Assembly (NCBI GenBank): GCA_023245355.1
Contig: JAHFKN010000005.1
Coordinates: 33,290-97,289 of the forward strand
From: Candidatus Gottesmanbacteria bacterium
GTDB taxonomy: Bacteria; Patescibacteriota; Microgenomatia; UBA10105; UBA927
Length of the DNA: 64,000 nucleotides
Direction of reading: 5' to 3'
Part shown: positions 50,484 to 60,643 of the stretch, in pieces
Position numbering within the stretch: position 1 is the first letter of the stretch
Layout of the letters: every line of letters begins with the position of its first letter
The notes under the pieces: generated by a model
Told to the model about the DNA's origin: nothing
The model's input: only the letters and a program-made list of their open reading frames with translations
The model's database searches: none
Program-made: the position numbers and the translations under genes

Positions 50484-51454
50484 TAGATCCGATCCACCGC
50501 ATCGACACGGCCTTACCCATAGACGATGTCGTGAAAAAAGCAGCGATTGCATTCAGTCTCGGTGACGTACTCACCTATTCCGTTATCCCGACGGGATATC
50601 AGGAATACAATATCGATTGCGCTGCTTCTTCGGGCAAATTTATCATCAAAATATTTTCCCATGACAAACCGCGCAGCCGTATTGAGGATGTCGTCTGGGG
50701 ATATACCCGGCTTGCCTCCCTCGGGGTTCCGCTTCCTACCCTTAAGACAATGAATGACAACGGATATATCATGGAAATCCCTGCCGTCCGGCAGGCTGCC
50801 TCGTTTCTTTGCGTATTCGAATACTTCACCGGGAAACCGATGACGCATATTGCCGTAACCGACGCCGATCTCGTAACGCTTACCCAAGCCCTTGTCACCA
50901 TACACAAAACCAAAAAAACAATCGGCCGGTATTACGACACGCTCGGCATTGCCAACCTCGAAGCAGAATACGAACAAAAAGGCGACGCCCTGTTCCCGGA
51001 TGAAACAGCGCTGATCAAACCGGTTATTTCGAAACTGCACAAACTCAATACTGCCTCGTTTCGCCAAAGTATAATCCACGGCAGTATGGAAAAAGAAAAC
51101 GTTCTGAAAAACACCGGAGGATCGGTATGCATACTGGATCTGGGGTGCATGGACTACAACGCGTCTGTGTTTGATATCGCAACATATATTGCAAATTTCT
51201 CCGCCTATCTGCCGGAAGCCAAACGCGTCAATGTGATCAATGTAATCCTCACTGAATATCAGAAATCCCTCCCGCTTACGCCTCAGGAGCTGGCCGCCCT
51301 GCCGGCACTTATCCGCGCGCAATATGCAGCCTATATCGTCGGCATGACTCACCACATGAGAAGAGACCATGACATGAGTAAACAGACGCAGACGTGGCTG
51401 GATAGAGGCTGGGACGGGTTGCGGGCATACACCAACGTAAAATCGCTTATATAA
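50480..51454 (+). CDS. APH/homoserine kinase II-like phosphotransferase fold protein
   Basis: GYQE.N, FIIKIF, IIHGSMEKENVL, ILDLG, FDIA. Confidence 0.8.
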   Translation: MIDPIHRIDTALPIDDVVKKAAIAFSLGDVLTYSVIPTGYQEYNIDCAASSGKFIIKIFSHDKPRSRIEDVVWGYTRLASLGVPLPTLKTMNDNGYIMEIPAVRQAASFLCVFEYFTGKPMTHIAVTDADLVTLTQALVTIHKTKKTIGRYYDTLGIANLEAEYEQKGDALFPDETALIKPVISKLHKLNTASFRQSIIHGSMEKENVLKNTGGSVCILDLGCMDYNASVFDIATYIANFSAYLPEAKRVNVINVILTEYQKSLPLTPQELAALPALIRAQYAAYIVGMTHHMRRDHDMSKQTQTWLDRGWDGLRAYTNVKSLI

Positions 51455-51464
51455 TCCTCAGGAT

Positions 51465-52319
51465 ATGATCGCCTATCTTTTCGGACTGATTGCATATTTC
51501 GGCTGGGGATCCGGAGATGTATTCGGAACGTTTGCTACCCGGAAAGTCGGCCCGTATATCACGACATTCTGGGCATTCGCGTTTGCCGCCATACTCGGAA
51601 GCTTTTATATCCCGTTTGCCTTAGGAGATCTCCGTGCGTTCACACCTACCCTTTTGTTGCTGAATCTGTTGCTCGGCATCATGTACGTGGGCGGCAACCT
51701 CATATTTAACGAGGCACTCCGTCTGTCCAGTGCGCCGATTGTCGGCACGATCGGCGGATCATTTGCCGCGCTCACGGTGCTGCTTTCATATCTGTTTTTG
51801 GGAGAAACAATTTCTGTAACACGGATTGCACTTATCTGTGTCGTATTTTTGGGCGTATTCATAACCACCACCTCGCACAGTCAGAAAAAAGATGCCGGGT
51901 TTACCAAAGGAATTATATTGGCACTCATCAGTCTTGTCGTGTGGGGCATCTACTTTACGTTTAACAAAGTCCTCATGAGCCGCATGGGTTGGTTTTGGCC
52001 CAATTACATACCGATGTTGTTATTCCCGCTTATCGGCATCTATATGAAATGGAAACATATTCCGTTTATACTCCCCAAGCGCGATGTGGCAATTCCGCTT
52101 TTTTTCAATGCACTGATGTTGCGGGGAGGTGATGTCGCGTTTAATATCGGGGCAAGTCTGGGACTGACCGCCACGGTTGCTCCGTTGGGCGGCGCGTATC
52201 CCACGCTGTTTGCGGTATTGTCATATTTTGTCTTCCGGGATCCGCTCAACAAAAAACAGGTTGCGGGCATCATCATTGCGTTAACAGGGTTAGTTGCGTT
52301 AGGATTTGCTGGGAGGTAA
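51465..52319 (+). CDS. EamA/DMT family transporter
   Basis: About 10 TM in two repeats, FLGE.IS, FRDPL. Confidence 0.85.
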   Translation: MIAYLFGLIAYFGWGSGDVFGTFATRKVGPYITTFWAFAFAAILGSFYIPFALGDLRAFTPTLLLLNLLLGIMYVGGNLIFNEALRLSSAPIVGTIGGSFAALTVLLSYLFLGETISVTRIALICVVFLGVFITTTSHSQKKDAGFTKGIILALISLVVWGIYFTFNKVLMSRMGWFWPNYIPMLLFPLIGIYMKWKHIPFILPKRDVAIPLFFNALMLRGGDVAFNIGASLGLTATVAPLGGAYPTLFAVLSYFVFRDPLNKKQVAGIIIALTGLVALGFAGR

Positions 52320-52327
52320 ATTCACCT

Positions 52328-52654
52328 ATGCACGAAGCCATCCTTGTCATGATCTCCTGTGATGACAAAAGCCAGGCGGAACAAATCGGCGAACAGCTGT
52401 TAAAACATAAACTTGCCGCCTGCACCCAGATCGTGAACCACGCCGATTCCATGTTCCTCTGGCCGCCCCGTAAAAACCAGATAGATTATGCGGATGAATC
52501 CTTACTTCTCGTTAAAACGCTGGACGAAAAATGGGCAAAACTGGAGCGCGAAGTGCTGAGCCACCATACGTATGAAAATCCGGAGATTATCGCTATTCCG
52601 CTTGCTCACGTGACGAAGCGATATCTTCTGTGGCTTAAAAGCGAACTCTCGTAA
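52328..52654 (+). CDS. cutA: Divalent-cation tolerance protein CutA
   Basis: LAAC, S...W, E..L.VKT, HTYENPEII. Confidence 0.9.
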   Translation: MHEAILVMISCDDKSQAEQIGEQLLKHKLAACTQIVNHADSMFLWPPRKNQIDYADESLLLVKTLDEKWAKLEREVLSHHTYENPEIIAIPLAHVTKRYLLWLKSELS

Positions 52655-52684
52655 ACACGCGGCGCTTTTCGTATACTTCTATGC

Positions 52685-53533
52685 ATGTTGTGGTTTCTTT
52701 TGGCCATCGGAAGCGCATTTATTTTTGCCGCTCAGGAACTTCTCATGCGGATCCTGGCCGTACGGACCGGCTCGCCCAGACTGTTTGCCGTTGTGTTTAA
52801 TCTGTACGGAGCCGCATTTGCAATCCTTCTTTTTCTGTCTGAACGGGGATCGCTTGCGGCATTGTGGGGACTTACCCCGGTCCAGTATACGCTCCTTGCT
52901 TCGACTATCATCCTGTATGGGTTGTATGAGCGGACGCAGTTTTTTGCACGCAGCGGAACGGACGCGTCCACGTTTGCCATTATTTTCCGGCTCAGTACCG
53001 TCATCGGATTTATCGGCGCGATTTTTTTCCTGCAGGAAGCCATGACACCCGGGAAAATCGCGGGGGTAGTCCTTATCATTCTGGCGTCACTGCTTTTGGT
53101 CTACAAAAATCCGAAATTTAAATTTACTCCGGCATTCGGCTACGCCGTACTCTGTGCAGTACTGTTGGGGCTAACAAGCGTATTGGATAAACCTGCATCC
53201 GCGTTTCTTCCTGCATCACTGTATAGTTTTGTCGTGTGGTGCCTGCCAATCGTCATCATCGCGTTCCCGCGTGTCACAAAAAAAGAAATTGTCAGGGAGC
53301 TGCATATAGGCGGATGGAAAGTGGCGCTCGCGGCTCTGTTAAACGTCGTCGGATACATCATGTATATCAACGCATTGTCACTTGCGGAAGCATCCCGGGT
53401 AAACCCGATCGCGGCAACCAGCGGTATTCTTACCGTAGCCGGCGGCATCGTGCTGCTTAAGGAACACGGTCATCTTTGGAGAAAAATTGCAGCGGGAGTG
53501 TTGGCATTTATCGGCGTTATTCTGCTCCGGTAA
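52685..53533 (+). CDS. EamA/DMT family transporter
   Basis: About 10 TM, FLQE.M, LLKE. Confidence 0.85.
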   Translation: MLWFLLAIGSAFIFAAQELLMRILAVRTGSPRLFAVVFNLYGAAFAILLFLSERGSLAALWGLTPVQYTLLASTIILYGLYERTQFFARSGTDASTFAIIFRLSTVIGFIGAIFFLQEAMTPGKIAGVVLIILASLLLVYKNPKFKFTPAFGYAVLCAVLLGLTSVLDKPASAFLPASLYSFVVWCLPIVIIAFPRVTKKEIVRELHIGGWKVALAALLNVVGYIMYINALSLAEASRVNPIAATSGILTVAGGIVLLKEHGHLWRKIAAGVLAFIGVILLR

Positions 53534-53642
53534 TGCTTACGGCAGATCATCGACGAGACTTGATATTCCATATCAGCGTTTCCTCCATATCCAAAAATAC
53601 GCTGCAGTATTACAATGCGGATAACCAGACAAAGGAGGCCAC

Positions 53643-54626
53643 ATGAAAATCAGCATAAAGGACATAACACAGTTGGCAAGAAAAGCCCTGAAAAAATACG
53701 GTTATACAGACAGGGAATCAGCAATTATCCTTGATATTCTTCTCTATGCGCAACTCCGGGGCAATAATCAGGGCCTCGTTAAATTAATCGGCAAAGGCAT
53801 ACCAAAAAGCCCGAAAGCGGGATTGATTTCCATTACCAAAGAAACAAAATTATCCGCCATGATTGACGGCAGTAATAATATGGGCATGATAGCTATGAAA
53901 CAAGCAATGGAAATGGCAGTTGCCAAGGCGCGCGAGCACGGATTCGGCATTGTGGGAACGTTTAATACCTATTCTTCTACCGGTGCTATTGGGTACTACG
54001 CTGCACATATGGCACGGGAAGGATTTATCGGCTTTGCGTTTGCCGGATCACCCCCGACAGTAGCGCCGCACGGCTCTTATGAAGCGCTCTACGGCACAAA
54101 CCCGCTTGCCATCGGCATACCAGCAAAACCCGAACCAGTAGTGCTGGATATGGCAACTGCCGCCATGGCCTACTATGGACTTATTGAGGCAAAAACTGCC
54201 GGAAAAACCATTCCTGAAGGGTTCGCATACGACAAAAACGGCAAACAGACGACAGATCCAGATGCGGCAATGGATGGTGCTATCAAGAGCTTCGGAGGAT
54301 ACAAAGGATCCGGGCTGGGATTTATAGTTACTGCGTTCACCGGTCCGCTTGTCGGAGCGGCTTTTGCCGGGGTAGGAAAACGCGGTGACTGGGGAAATCT
54401 CATTATGGCTATTGATCCGGAACTATTGGTAGACCGTAATACGTTCCGAAAAAATGTTACAGAACTTGCCAAGCGGGTTAAAAAAACCAAAACGCTCCCG
54501 GGAGTGAAAGAGATACTGCTTCCCGGCGAACGCGGAAATAAACTCACAGCAAAGCGTACGAAAACCGGAACGATTGAAATCGAAGACAATCTTTACAATG
54601 AACTCAAAAAAGCCGCAGCAAACTGA
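53643..54626 (+). CDS. Ldh_2-family (malate/L-lactate/sulfolactate dehydrogenase type 2) oxidoreductase
   Basis: GTNPLAIGIP, LDMAT, TTDP..A, GGYKGSGL, LPGE; SD AAGGAGG. Confidence 0.88.
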   Translation: MKISIKDITQLARKALKKYGYTDRESAIILDILLYAQLRGNNQGLVKLIGKGIPKSPKAGLISITKETKLSAMIDGSNNMGMIAMKQAMEMAVAKAREHGFGIVGTFNTYSSTGAIGYYAAHMAREGFIGFAFAGSPPTVAPHGSYEALYGTNPLAIGIPAKPEPVVLDMATAAMAYYGLIEAKTAGKTIPEGFAYDKNGKQTTDPDAAMDGAIKSFGGYKGSGLGFIVTAFTGPLVGAAFAGVGKRGDWGNLIMAIDPELLVDRNTFRKNVTELAKRVKKTKTLPGVKEILLPGERGNKLTAKRTKTGTIEIEDNLYNELKKAAAN

Positions 54627-55533
54627 CATCCCGTTTTTCGGCCTCGTATCAACCCGGAGTTTATCCATTGGGTTTTTAGTTATTGTTTCCGCCGCATACA
54701 CACTATTGTCCGTCGGAAGCCGGCTTCTCGCAGAAGGATTCCAACCCATGACACAGGTGTATATGCGCGTTGCCCTTGGTACATGTGCGTTATTGATACT
54801 GCTTCGCAAAAATATCCGATGGAATAATTTTCGTGCGCTTTCCACCCGCGACATTTGGATTCTCCTGTCTATGGGGACACTCGGATATTCCGTCGCTGTG
54901 TATTTTGTTACCTTAGGCGCGTTGAATGCCAAATTAGTAAACGTCGCAATAATATTTGCCTCAGTTCCGTTTTTTTCTTATGTGTACTCTGCGGTTTTCC
55001 TGAAAAAACCAATTGACTTCAAATTAACAGCGCTGCTATTTGTGTCATTTATTGGCATAAGTTTCGTTGCGACAAAATCATTTGTCCCGCACCTTACTGC
55101 ATTTGGTATAGGCGAATGGTTTACACTGCTAGCAACCGCCACCATGGCATGGTTTTATGTCGGAAGAAAATTACTAAGCTCCCGCCTGAACACGAGCGAA
55201 ATTACCATTGCTGTTATGTCTATCGCCGTCATATCCGGAATAGGATTAGCATTGATACGTGGGGAAACATTTTCGCTAACGGCATTTACCAACCCTCATG
55301 TGCTTCTCGGCCTTGCCATCGGCGGATTTATGAATGCGCTAGTCAATCCAATTGAAATTTTTGCATTCAAGCATTTAGACGCAGTTATCGGTAGTCAAAT
55401 ACTGCTTCTCGAAAATGTATTTGCTCTGATTATCGGGTATCTTATATATGCGGAGACAATTACCTTTCCGGAGTTAATCGGCGGGCTCATCGTTGTCGGA
55501 TGTGTCTATGTTGCCAACCGGCTACCGCAATGA
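54598..55533 (+). CDS. EamA/DMT family transporter
   Basis: About 10 TM, LLLE.VFA..IG...YAE.I. Confidence 0.85.
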   Translation: MNSKKPQQTDIPFFGLVSTRSLSIGFLVIVSAAYTLLSVGSRLLAEGFQPMTQVYMRVALGTCALLILLRKNIRWNNFRALSTRDIWILLSMGTLGYSVAVYFVTLGALNAKLVNVAIIFASVPFFSYVYSAVFLKKPIDFKLTALLFVSFIGISFVATKSFVPHLTAFGIGEWFTLLATATMAWFYVGRKLLSSRLNTSEITIAVMSIAVISGIGLALIRGETFSLTAFTNPHVLLGLAIGGFMNALVNPIEIFAFKHLDAVIGSQILLLENVFALIIGYLIYAETITFPELIGGLIVVGCVYVANRLPQ

Positions 55534-56957
55534 AATCCAAGCGCCCTACCATCATTACTATATTATCGGGAGGCGCACTGCTAACTGATGTATGCGTGTA
55601 TCTGTTCATTGCATTGTATACACTCGCCGCAACTCTCGTTTCCCTCCACCGGTTCTGGCAGTATGAAGTATTTTACTATGACTTCGGAATCTTTGACGCC
55701 GCTATCTGGAAAGTGGCTCACTTCAAACTTCCGATTGTGGATCACCTGGTAGTCGGCGGCAAACTGATATTTGCCGATCATTTCAGCCCGAGCATGTTTC
55801 TTTTATCTCCCATATATTGGATCACCAGCCGCCCGGAAGCACTGCTGATTGCCCAATCGCTCGCCGTAGGGCTAAGCGCCCTTGTTTTGTATGCGCTCGG
55901 AAAACACGTTCTGAAAAACCCGCTGGCTATATTTGCCGTTATCGTTTCCTATCTTTTATTTGTCGGCACGCAGAACGCCCTGATAGCCGATATCCACGAA
56001 GTGACGTTCATGATGCTTCCGCTGATGTTCATCTTTTATGCAATCGCCGCAGACCGGAAAAAACTTTTCTGGATCAGTTTTTTTATCACATTAGGCTTTA
56101 AGGAAAGTTCCTCGCTCCTGGGTATGGGACTTGCCGTATATATATATTTGTATAACCGAAAGTGGGCCAAAACCGCGCTTCTCGTCGCCTGTATATCCGC
56201 GCTCTGGGGATATCTCACAACACAGGTGATTATCCCGTATTTTTACGGCCAGAAATATTTTTATACGCCGTCCCTCAACCCGAACCCGTTTGTGACACTA
56301 CTTACGCTCTTCGATGATCCGATAAAGCGGAAAACGCTGCTTTGGAGCTTTACGAGTTTCGGATTCCTGCCGCTTTTGTATCCGCCGGCCTGGCCGCTTA
56401 TCCTGCAGGACATCGCCGCACGGTTCATGCAGAAAGAATTTGCACTCCGGTGGGGACTCGGCCTCCACTACAGCGCACAACTGGCCGTCATCATGGCTGT
56501 ATCTTCCGTCATGGCCATACGGACAATCAGCACGCGGTTCCGCGCGCCCCTTGTCGTTACCGGCATATCGGTGCTGCTTATTCTTGTGTCTGTGTATCTG
56601 CACCAATTCAAACTCCACGGACCGCTCGGGCTCTCATACAATCCGGCGTTTTACGCGCACACGAAAAATTTCGCGTTTCTGAATGATTTAATCAGCAGGG
56701 TACCCAAAGGAGCAACCGTCATGGCGCAAAACAATATCGCACCGCACATGATCCATACGCATGATGTCTATTTACTCCGGGAGTCCTACAGCAGTTTCAT
56801 GCCGGAGTATTTCGTGCTGGATCTGCGGGATGGCCAGAACTTCAACGATTTTTTCGGCGCGCGCATCGACGTGCTGAAAATTACGCTTCCTAAGGATACA
56901 AATTATGAAGTCATCTACCGGACAAACGATCAGATGATATACAAGCGGAAAAAATAA
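55530..56957 (+). CDS. DUF2079-family membrane protein (GT-C-like)
   Basis: YDFGIFD, DHFSP, DIHE, KE, HYSA. Confidence 0.8.
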   Translation: MKSKRPTIITILSGGALLTDVCVYLFIALYTLAATLVSLHRFWQYEVFYYDFGIFDAAIWKVAHFKLPIVDHLVVGGKLIFADHFSPSMFLLSPIYWITSRPEALLIAQSLAVGLSALVLYALGKHVLKNPLAIFAVIVSYLLFVGTQNALIADIHEVTFMMLPLMFIFYAIAADRKKLFWISFFITLGFKESSSLLGMGLAVYIYLYNRKWAKTALLVACISALWGYLTTQVIIPYFYGQKYFYTPSLNPNPFVTLLTLFDDPIKRKTLLWSFTSFGFLPLLYPPAWPLILQDIAARFMQKEFALRWGLGLHYSAQLAVIMAVSSVMAIRTISTRFRAPLVVTGISVLLILVSVYLHQFKLHGPLGLSYNPAFYAHTKNFAFLNDLISRVPKGATVMAQNNIAPHMIHTHDVYLLRESYSSFMPEYFVLDLRDGQNFNDFFGARIDVLKITLPKDTNYEVIYRTNDQMIYKRKK

Positions 56958-56971
56958 TCCCCGCGTTCGCT

Positions 56972-57355
56972 TCAGCGCTTTTTGGGGAGGTTCTTGAATT
57001 GTTTCCGCAAGGTTGCGGTCGTTTCCGCACCTTTTTGCTGCATCTCCTGGATATGAGCAAGGGCAATATCGATTTTTTCAGCAGCCGTTTCGGTGACCTC
57101 TTCTTTTTTAGTATCTATGGATTCCATCACTTTTTCTTTCATTTCCTCACCCTGACGCACTAATTCCTTGCCTTTGGACTGCAGCTCCTCCAGGCGTTCT
57201 TCCAGTTCATCCAAAACGTCCCGGCCTTTATCTTCGATGAGCTTCCCCGTCTTTTTGCCTTCTTTGGTTCCCAGGAAAAAAATCACCAGTGCGCCGATTA
57301 AGCCGCCGATGAAAAATCCGAATAAAAATTTGCCGTCGTTACTGTTGTCAGACAT
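56972..57355 (-). CDS. YtxH-domain protein
   Basis: FLFGFFIGGLIGA....L..KEGK then coiled coil. Confidence 0.82.
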   Translation of the reverse strand: MSDNSNDGKFLFGFFIGGLIGALVIFFLGTKEGKKTGKLIEDKGRDVLDELEERLEELQSKGKELVRQGEEMKEKVMESIDTKKEEVTETAAEKIDIALAHIQEMQQKGAETTATLRKQFKNLPKKR

Positions 57356-57356
57356 A

Positions 57357-57620
57357 TTATTCTCCTTCCGTGTCGGGTTTTTTCCGGAACGTTTTAAATA
57401 CGGATAATGCAGCTTTGATTCCGCTCATGACGCCCGACATACTGGCGACGGAATCACCGACCGTGCCTGTCACTTTTTTCGCATCGTCTAACATCGTGTT
57501 CATTTTCATGATGGAGATACGGATTTCCTTGAAGATATACCACACCTGAACGCCTAAAAGCACGAGAAGAAGGGTTAAAATAAAACTGATGACGATAATG
57601 GTTAGCTGTACAGGATCCAT
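57357..57620 (-). CDS. Small membrane protein (DUF948/YoxC-like)
   Basis: N-terminal TM plus amphipathic helix, directly upstream of the YtxH gene. Confidence 0.65.
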   Translation of the reverse strand: MDPVQLTIIVISFILTLLLVLLGVQVWYIFKEIRISIMKMNTMLDDAKKVTGTVGDSVASMSGVMSGIKAALSVFKTFRKKPDTEGE

Positions 57621-57662
57621 GGGCAGAATTCCGAAAAAACTTTGTTCTAAATGTGCTATCTG

Positions 57663-57691
57663 AGTATGCCGTAAACTGCGCTACGTGTCAA
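57663..57691 (-). promoter_or_regulatory. Sigma70-type promoter
   Basis: TTGACA-N17-CATACT. Confidence 0.65.
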
Positions 57692-57717
57692 TTCCGATTT
57701 ATGCCATGTATTTTGTC

Positions 57718-58356
57718 TCACGGCTGGTAACCGACTTCTTTTGTCACCGTGGTCATTTTGCCGAACCGGCTGGTAGCGGTAACCGTAATTTTGTTTACCC
57801 CGGGCTCAACGGCTACCTGCTCGTAAAATTTACCGTCATCCCGGACAATGGTTGAAATACCGTTTATCGTAACCGTGGCATCCCGATCGGACTGCCCCTC
57901 TACGGCAATTCGGCTGCTTGAAACTATCTCCTGATTAGTGGGACTCACTACGGTAAGCGGCGGTGCTTTCCCGATGCGGAAATACTGGTTACCCAGATAG
58001 AACAAAAATACGACAAGAAGCACGCTGATAAGCAGCGCGACGAATCGCCCCGGAGTCAGATGAAGCCATGATGCCTGGAAAGGTTCCGGCACTCCCTGTG
58101 GCAGTAAACTGGCTTTCGATACGTCCGTCATCTGCCGCCGGAAAAATGCCATCATCGCGTCCGTAGGCAACCCCAGATATTCCGCATAATTGCGGACAAA
58201 TCCTTTGGCATACGACGGACTCGGCAACGCGGCAAAATTATCCGCTTCCAGCGCGACAATATATTTTTCACGGATTTTTATCACCCGTTCCACATCCTGA
58301 GGAGTCAGGCCTTTTTGTAACCGCGCTTCCTGGAGCATGCTTCCGACCGTCTTCAT
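57718..58356 (-). CDS. RodZ-like protein (HTH_25, TM, Ig-like domain)
   Basis: G..L..AR...G, I...YI.ALE, Y.KGFVRNYAEYLGL; downstream of ftsK. Confidence 0.82.
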   Translation of the reverse strand: MKTVGSMLQEARLQKGLTPQDVERVIKIREKYIVALEADNFAALPSPSYAKGFVRNYAEYLGLPTDAMMAFFRRQMTDVSKASLLPQGVPEPFQASWLHLTPGRFVALLISVLLVVFLFYLGNQYFRIGKAPPLTVVSPTNQEIVSSSRIAVEGQSDRDATVTINGISTIVRDDGKFYEQVAVEPGVNKITVTATSRFGKMTTVTKEVGYQP

Positions 58357-58365
58357 GAGGATATC

Positions 58366-60534
58366 CTAACTTTCTTTGGATTCAGCCTGGCTGTTGAGGA
58401 AATCATCCGGATTTTTAATCAGTACGTCACGGGGTTTGGACCCTTCTCCCGGACCGATGATGCCCGCCATCTCCAGCTGATCCAGAATCCGTGCCGCACG
58501 GGCGTATCCTACCGATAACCTCCGCTGGAGTAACGATGCGGACGCTTTGTCATATTGGCATACCAAACGCAGCGCATCTTCAAACAACTGATCTCTACCG
58601 TCACCCCCGGAGGTATTGCCGCCTTTCTTCATGGCACTTGAGGGCTGACTTAACACTTCTTCGGTATAATGGACTTCGACCTGTTTATTTTTGAAAAACT
58701 CCACGACTTTTCCGACTTCTTTGTCGGACACGAACGTTCCCTGGATACGCATCGGCTTTGCCTGATCCGGAGGAACATAGAGCATGTCACCCCTTCCGAG
58801 CAGCTTCTCGGCACCCGGCATATCGATGATGACGCGTGAGTCAATCATTGAGGACACGTTAAATGCGATACGCGCCGGGATATTGGCTTTGATAAGCCCC
58901 GTAATGACATCGACGCTCGGCCGTTGGGTAGCAACTACCAGATGAATTCCTGTCGCGCGTGCCATCTGCGCGATGCGGCAAATCGTATCCTCGACTTCTA
59001 CGGGGGCGTAGGCCATAAGATCTGCCAATTCGTCGATGATGATGACGATAAACGGGAGCGCCTGGAATCCTGACAGCTCGTTAAACCCGTCGATGTTACG
59101 CACCCCGACTTCCGCAAATTGCTTATACCGGCGTTCCATTTCCTGGGTCGCCCACCGTAATGCCGATAATATTTTGTCCGTTTCCACGATGACAGGTGTT
59201 AAAAGATGCGGCACGCCGTTGTAGCCTACTAATTCCACGCGCTTCGGATCGACGAGAATGAGACGGACTTCAGCCGGTGACGTACGGTACAGCAAGCTGC
59301 AGATCCAGGAGTTCAGAAGCACCGACTTACCGGATCCGGTCGTACCGGCAACCAGCACGTGCGGCATTTTTGCGATATCCCCGATCATCGGATTCCCGGA
59401 GACATCCAGTCCCATCGCAACCGACAGCTTGCTCTTTGCTTTTTTCATGTTATCGGCAAGCAGCATGCGTTTAAGGGTTACGAACTCAAGTCCGCGGTTG
59501 GGAATTTCGATTCCGACCAGATCCCGGCCGGGAATCGGCGCTTCGATACGGACCTGACCGGTCGGGGCTGCAAGAGCCAAAGCCATATCACTTGCCAATG
59601 ATGTAATTTTTGAGACTTTGGTACCCAGGGAAAGTTTGATGGCGTATTGGGTGACGGCCGGGCCGGGATTCACTTCCACGACGTCCGCCTGTACGCCGAA
59701 GCTGTCCAGTGTTTTTTCAATAACGTCCGCATTTTTGCGTACGTCTCCGCGGTCTGCTTTCTCACCCGGTCCGTCGGAAAGCATCGTCACGTCCGGATAT
59801 TCCCACATCTTCATATCCTGAGCTGCTGCAAGCGCGGGAGAAATAGATATACCATTGCTTTCTTTTTCTTTCGGAGTAGTTGTTCCCGATTTTTGCGGCA
59901 CCGGGGGAGGAGTCATGGGATTCTTAAGAAGCGGCTTTTCATTATCCGTGGAACCGATCTTAAGCTGTGCCTTTTGCTGTCCTCCGATCACAAGTGGTGC
60001 TTTCTGGTTCCTAGCACCCAGGGAGGCAAACCACTCAAGTATGGTTTGCGCCCCCATCAGCAGGAAATTGATAAACCGGTCAAGAGACGCATTAAACATC
60101 ACAATCACTCCGATAAGGATAACCCCCAGAAAAAGTAACGTGGCACCCTCAGGAGCAATGGCGTCCGATGTGAGCATCCATACCGTATCGCCGGTATCTC
60201 CTGCGCGCGTGAGCGAAAGCAGGCCCACCAGCATAATCCCGAGCCCCAACGGCACATTCTGATTCCCTAAGTCCGACTTCACCTTAAAAAACAATGTGCT
60301 GGCTGACACCAGGAACACCGGAAGCAGGTACATGACCCATCCGAAGTGGTTAATGAGGCTGCTCCGCAGTGATGAGAGCATGGCGCCTTCACCGAAAAAC
60401 GACAGACTGATGGCGGCAGCAAACAACCAGAACCAAATAGCGGCAACCGTATACACGGTCTGCTTCTTGAGCTTCAGACCAAATCCTTTGCGTTTATGAT
60501 ATTTGCGTTTCGACTTTCTAAATTTAAATGCCAT
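58366..60534 (-). CDS. ftsK: DNA translocase FtsK/SpoIIIE
   Basis: PHVLVAGTTGSGKS, IDELADLM, ATQRPS, gamma domain LQRRLSVGYARAAR. Confidence 0.97.
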   Translation of the reverse strand: MAFKFRKSKRKYHKRKGFGLKLKKQTVYTVAAIWFWLFAAAISLSFFGEGAMLSSLRSSLINHFGWVMYLLPVFLVSASTLFFKVKSDLGNQNVPLGLGIMLVGLLSLTRAGDTGDTVWMLTSDAIAPEGATLLFLGVILIGVIVMFNASLDRFINFLLMGAQTILEWFASLGARNQKAPLVIGGQQKAQLKIGSTDNEKPLLKNPMTPPPVPQKSGTTTPKEKESNGISISPALAAAQDMKMWEYPDVTMLSDGPGEKADRGDVRKNADVIEKTLDSFGVQADVVEVNPGPAVTQYAIKLSLGTKVSKITSLASDMALALAAPTGQVRIEAPIPGRDLVGIEIPNRGLEFVTLKRMLLADNMKKAKSKLSVAMGLDVSGNPMIGDIAKMPHVLVAGTTGSGKSVLLNSWICSLLYRTSPAEVRLILVDPKRVELVGYNGVPHLLTPVIVETDKILSALRWATQEMERRYKQFAEVGVRNIDGFNELSGFQALPFIVIIIDELADLMAYAPVEVEDTICRIAQMARATGIHLVVATQRPSVDVITGLIKANIPARIAFNVSSMIDSRVIIDMPGAEKLLGRGDMLYVPPDQAKPMRIQGTFVSDKEVGKVVEFFKNKQVEVHYTEEVLSQPSSAMKKGGNTSGGDGRDQLFEDALRLVCQYDKASASLLQRRLSVGYARAARILDQLEMAGIIGPGEGSKPRDVLIKNPDDFLNSQAESKES

Positions 60535-60610
60535 AGTTTCGGTAATCTCCAGTATAGAAACAGCCACGTACGAATGCAACGCCAACACCCTACTCCCCTT
60601 ACCTACTAAT

Positions 60611-60640
60611 ATCCTATAGTAAATATAGGGGAGGTGTCAA
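60611..60640 (-). promoter_or_regulatory. Sigma70-type promoter for ftsK
   Basis: TTGACA-N18-TAGGAT. Confidence 0.5.
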
Positions 60641-60643
60641 GTC

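Noticed and set aside
50513-51370. 285 aa minus-strand ORF
   Set aside because: Antisense shadow of the phosphotransferase-fold gene
53558-53595. TGATAT-tcc-ATATCA palindrome and repeated CCATATC upstream of the Ldh_2 gene
   Set aside because: Short single occurrence with no cognate regulator nearby; too weak to call an operator
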